Positions 35,211 to 39,736 of a stretch of 39,736 nt of DNA are shown in pieces. Where the stretch lies: assembly GCF_004010195.1 (NCBI RefSeq), contig NC_057718.1, positions 56,368,592 to 56,408,327 on the forward strand, in the 5' to 3' direction. A model generated the notes under the pieces. The model was given only the letters and a program-made list of their open reading frames with translations, was not told the origin of the DNA and ran no database searches. The position numbers and the translations under genes are program-made. Numbering within the stretch: position 1 is the first letter of the stretch; each line of letters begins with the position of its first letter. This stretch comes from Chiloscyllium plagiosum (taxonomy: Eukaryota).

Positions 35211-36575
35211 ATGCCTCCTTCAGTTGCCAGAAGTTTTACAAAAAGTGAACAAGACCCAAGCTGCAGGAATTAGCAGAGAAGCTGGAATTGGAACTACCTG
35301 CTTCTGTGAGGTAAGGAGAGATAATTACAGCAGTAGCTCAGCATTTAAACTTGCTGGAGAAATCATCAGAATCTATAAAGATAGCCAGAATTCAATTGCA
35401 AATGAAGCAGCTTGAGTTAGAGACAAGAGATAAGGAAAGGGCAGCAGAAATGGAACAATTTGAGTTACAATTAAAAGCAGAAGAGAGGGAAAAAGAAAGA
35501 GCAGCAGAACAGAGAGAAAGAGAGAGGGCAGCAGAAGAGAGGGAAAAATAGAGACCTTTTGAACTTCAAAAACTGACACTTAAAAAGGAATGTCAGCTTA
35601 AAAGGCTAGAGATAAAGGCTGAGGGTAGGCTTAGTGAGGAAGAGAGTGAGGATGAGCAAGCCCCTGGTAATCAGAAGCCTAGTGAGAAACTGTTTAAGTA
35701 TGTTCAAACATTGCCTAAATTTGATGAGAAGGATGTGGAAGCCTGTTTCATCTCATTTGAAAAGGTGGCTAAACAAATGCAGTAGCCAGTGGCAATGTGG
35801 GTTTTGTTGATCCAAACAAAACTTGTCGGTGGGGCTGGTGAGGTATTCGCATCACTATCAGAGGAGGAATCTGGGGAGTATGAGGAGGTGAAAAAAGCCA
35901 TTTTAAGTGCATATGAGCTTGCACCAGAAACCTATAGATAATGTTTCAGGAATCTAAGAATGGATCCTGGTTAAGCCGAGATTGGGTTTGAAAGGATCAG
36001 ACAGTAATTTCGAAAGATGGATAAGAGCTTTAAAAATCAAGCAAACCTATGATGCCTTTAGAGAAGTGATTGTTCTGGAGGAATTCAAAAAATCACTGCC
36101 TGAAGTAGAATGAACTCATATGGAAGAACAAGGTTAGCAGTTGAAGTGGCTGATGATTATAAGCTAGTTCCTAAAACTCGGTTTGGCTTCCAGAATCAAT
36201 TTCAGTCCATGAGAGGTAGAAATTGGGGCAAAGACAAATCCTCACGTGGAAAGAGAAAGGTAGATCTCAGCAAAGATCATAAGGATAACTTACCAAAGGG
36301 TAAAAAAGAAACCAGTGAGGGGGACGAAGAAGTTAAAAAGCTCTGGTGCTTTCATTGTAATAATGTGGGTCACACGAAATCACAGTGTTGATGGGCTAGG
36401 GGAAAGCCAGATGCAGGAAACCAGACAAGCCTGGAAGTGTTATTGGACTAGTAACAAAAAACACAAGGGAAGTTAGACAACTGCCTCAGAGTGTACAAGC
36501 TGTTCAGAGGTTGGATAAGCAGGAAGTGCCAGATCTGTTTAAAAAATATACATGCAAGGGTAAAGTTTATTCACA
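35211..36575 (+). pseudogene. Disrupted Gypsy gag: coiled coil, capsid/SCAN-like region, CCHC zinc knuckle; pol absent
   Basis: LPKFDEKDVEACFISFEKVAKQM, VKKAILSAYELAPE and CFHCNNVGHTKSQC (36347-36388); several stops and frameshifts. Confidence 0.85.
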
Positions 36576-37341
36576 TAGACTCAAATTTTCCAGTGTCCTC
36601 TTGCATGCACATTTTGACTGCTCTCCAGACTTGAGATCATCACTCTGTTTCCACACTTTTTCTTTTTGATTACTACTTTTCTCTTTACCTCTCCTGACAC
36701 TCCCTGATATCAATGCTTCTCCATTTAAATTCTCTTCTCTCAGATGCTCTGCTCTTCCAATTCCGTATCCAGTTTTTTGATACTGCTTGATATTCCAACT
36801 CTCTTGCTGCATCCCAGGCTTCACTCCCTCTTAGATAAGCTCTATTTCCTGAGTCCATGTTCTCTTATTCTCCTGTAATCTCTGCTTGCATACATCTTCC
36901 TAAACTAAACTTATGGTCAACCCTTTGATCCTGCAATTGCACTATACCAATTTTATCAAACACAGAAAACGATATCTCTGATCACATTCTTACATCATTC
37001 TCCATTCACAATCTCCTGCCACACCTTGACAATACTTCCTTCTGTACTTGTCTATGGAGAAAGAAAAGCTCCCAATTCACTTACAATTGCACTTTCAAAT
37101 CCCAAACATCTAGTCTTTGGCCCTCTGTTCAGTTCAACATTTATGCAGCTGATTGTTTATTCAATATCATCACCTTCACATTTGTTGTCTTAGTTCCTGT
37201 AAAAATCATTTTCTCTCATGTTTGCCATGCCACTGATAAAGTCCGCATCTCTATTTCCTCTAGTCTGAAAGATATGACTTGAAATGGTCTGGCAGATTTG
37301 TCTTAGCCAATCAACACCAAGCTGGATCTAAGTTAGCTCCT

Positions 37342-37468
37342 AGGCGAAAGTGAGTACTTCAGATGCTGTAGATTAGAGTCAAGAGTGTGGTGCTGGAAAA
37401 GCACAGCAGATCAGACAGCATCCGATGAGCAGGTAAATCGACATTTCGGGCAAAAGCCCTTCATCAGG
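37342..37468 (-). mobile_element. PLE family A single-arm element with hammerhead core
   Basis: 12-bp TSD AAGTT(A/G)GCTCCT (37330-37341, 37469-37480); minus core CTGATGA-A-GGGCTTTTGCCC-GAAA-TGTC. Confidence 0.88.
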
Positions 37469-37559
37469 AAGTTGGCTCCTGTTGTTGTCTACCAAAACCA
37501 TCTAATCTATCGTTGTCAACAATACCTGGATTCAGGGTTGCATAATTCTGTCACTGATC

Positions 37560-38700
37560 TTCATGTGATGGAACTGAAAAATTTCTGATCTGCAGATATC
37601 TGGGCATATGGATTATGGTGTCCATAGTGCAGACTTTACTTTCTTTTCTTTCCTTTTCTGCTATGGTTATGTTAAGGCATTGGAACTTGAAGAATGATGC
37701 AACTTGGTGGACCTTTTTCTTCCAGTCTGACCCACTGGTACCAAACTTTGTCCAGTCATTAAAGTCAATGCTGCCAAATGTCAAGGAAGACTTCAGTGCC
37801 TTTTTGAAATGTTTTCTTTGACCTCACTTGGAAATTAGCCATTGGAGAGTTGCAAGAACAGGATCTAGCAGGAGAAACTATTTTCAGCCACACAGATGCA
37901 GTGGCTAAACAAAAATTGATTTTTCAGGAGTTTTGCCAAAAGATTTGTAGATATTCAAGAAGGACATGAGTGGTTGTTTAATGGCTCCCCTACTGAATCT
38001 GGAGGATGTGGTGGAAGCATTGCTTCTTGTTTTTATGCATCACTGATATACTGTTCAGATTTTGCTGCAAATAGGAGCATGGTGATGACAATTGCTCTCT
38101 AAATTTGGGAAGTGCTCAAAATATTCCAGATTTCCTCCTTCAATATAAATGGGAGGTGGAATATTTCACAAAGCAGATGTCTGTTGATACACAAGTTTTG
38201 TTTTGACAACTTCAAGTATGGGCTGAGACCTAGAAAATTCCATTAGCAATGTTTCCATTGAATCTTATGGATTCAATGGGAAGAGAGTTGAACAACTTCT
38301 GATGTCCCTGAAATTAATTCCACAAGCATTCTAGGCAAACTCCTTCCAGTTCTGAAATGCTGCTCTGCCACTGAAGGCATTTTGGAATGAGAAATTCTCC
38401 TTGGATTGCCACCTTGATGAAGCAAGAGGCTTGTGTATTCCAATGATCCCTGGAGCAATATCATCAGGAGCTTGTTGCTCCTGGTAGGGGCATCTGTGGA
38501 CATAAAATCGGGAAAAATGGCCAAAGTGCAATTTAAAAAAACTCTCAAGGACAGAACAACTGAAAGATCACGCTATTGCACTAGTTGTAATGTGAAAGAA
38601 GAATGCAGCAGAAGGTGGTGCTGGCACCATGATCTGACACATCACAGAAATCTAATCACCATCTGTCAAGGTCTTGTCTCTCTTCCAAGATCATTTTGGA
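37560..38700 (-). mobile_element. Highly degraded RTE-like LINE
   Basis: Minus strand GQRKHFKKALKSSL resembles the RTE C-terminal motif; the rest is weak. Confidence 0.4.
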
Positions 38701-38799
38701 ACATAATGGTAATTGCTTGCTTCTTTCTATACTGCAACCCATCTCCTAAAACACCACTCCCAACACTGCTGCCCCCCTCCTCCACCATGGACTTTTGTC

Positions 38800-39460
38800 A
38801 CTAAAACTGAGACTACCTGATAATTAGCTTCTGCCAATTCCTTCCCTTCCACTAGTTCACTGGTTGAAATTTTCTCAACTGCTCACCCCTTATAATTAGC
38901 CCTAAGCTTACATTTTCTCTAGTTCTTCTCTTATCTTCCCTCATGCTCATCTCAGAACTCAACTTGTCCATGACAAATTCTCCAAGTTGTCTATCTCCTG
39001 CCTCTTTGACCATATTCTCACTGAACAGATCATCACCCAACTTCTCTTCCTGATTCCAATATTAGCTGATATTATGAACAATTTTCTTTGTCTCGGTGCT
39101 TTTCCTCTCTCCTTTAAATTTGCCCTTAATAGTTTTCTCAAGAAACTAACTCCTGATCCTACCATCCTTATAAACTTTCATCTTGGCCACCAAACTCCCC
39201 TTCTTTTCTCTGAAGTCCAAGAATATGTTGCCACTAGCTAAATCTGAAACTCCATAGGTGACTCCATCAAATCAGATCTCATCTCTGCCGTAGCCAAATA
39301 AGTTCTTCTCAAAGTTGCAGAGAACACACTATGTAACAGTGAGAAAGGTAAACTATTCCTTCTCTTCTGCAGCCTTTCACACAATCCACTTCTAACATTC
39401 TCTAGCTATTCATCTTTTGGGATTGCTCTTGCCTGTTTCCATTCTAATCATTCTTGCAGC
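38800..39460 (+). mobile_element. Degraded L2-like LINE RT N-terminal fragment
   Basis: ILADIMNNFL..GAFPLSFKFA...LKKLTPDPTILINF resembles the L2 LKKPxLDP..L.NYRP region. Confidence 0.65.
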
Positions 39461-39462
39461 AG

Positions 39463-39736
39463 TGTTTGTCCAATGTGTGCAGGAGGGTTTCCTGACACAA
39501 TATGTAGATAGGCCAACAAGAGGTGAGGCCATACTGGATTTGGTTCTGGGTAATGAACCAGGCCAGGTGCTAGAATTAGAGGTAGGTGAGCACTTTGGGG
39601 ACAGTGACCACAATTCGGTGACTTTTACTCTAGTGATGGAGAGGGATAAGTGTGCACTACAGGGCAAGAGTTATAGCTGGGGACAGAGAAATTATGATGC
39701 GGTGAGGCATGACTTAGGATGCGTGGCCTGGAAAAG
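39463..39736 (+). mobile_element. CR1 ORF2 endonuclease C-terminal part, runs off the window end
   Basis: Open frame FVQCVQEGFLTQYVDRPTRGEAILDLVLGNEPGQVLELEVGEHFGDSDHNSVTF. Confidence 0.92.

Noticed and set aside
35351..35551. Host coiled-coil protein exon
   Set aside because: Lies between the PBS and the gag capsid region; part of the Gypsy gag.

Overview
Vertebrate genomic DNA, very probably a cartilaginous fish (HE1-type SINEs, shark-type CR1 LINEs). It holds two convergent, incomplete housekeeping genes in the same adjacent arrangement as in human. RPS27A (ubiquitin-S27a fusion, + strand) has four coding exons at 2263-5151 and its first coding exon is not visible. MTIF2 (mitochondrial IF2, - strand) has nine coding exons at 16889-30927, with its 5' exons beyond the window end. 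The rest is dense in repeats: CR1, L2 and RTE LINE fragments, tRNA-derived SINEs, one Gypsy LTR/gag relic and a 501-N assembly gap. The most notable signal is about ten short Penelope-like-element (PLE) derived insertions from two or three families. Most carry a minimal hammerhead-ribozyme core (CTGANGA-stem II-GAAA-palindromic 4-mer-NUH). Several have inverted arms, a 34-37 nt unpaired tail and 11-15 bp target-site duplications. One brackets about 1.1 kb of apparently foreign cargo between 129-bp inverted repeats and reuses the exact target site of a neighbouring copy. Hammerheads in PLEs are known in general; the cargo capture, site reuse and truncation pattern are my inferences and are untested. 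Also noted: a GC-AG intron in MTIF2, a divergent S27a tail, and possible unannotated exons between the two genes. All coordinates were read by eye; repeat boundaries are approximate.
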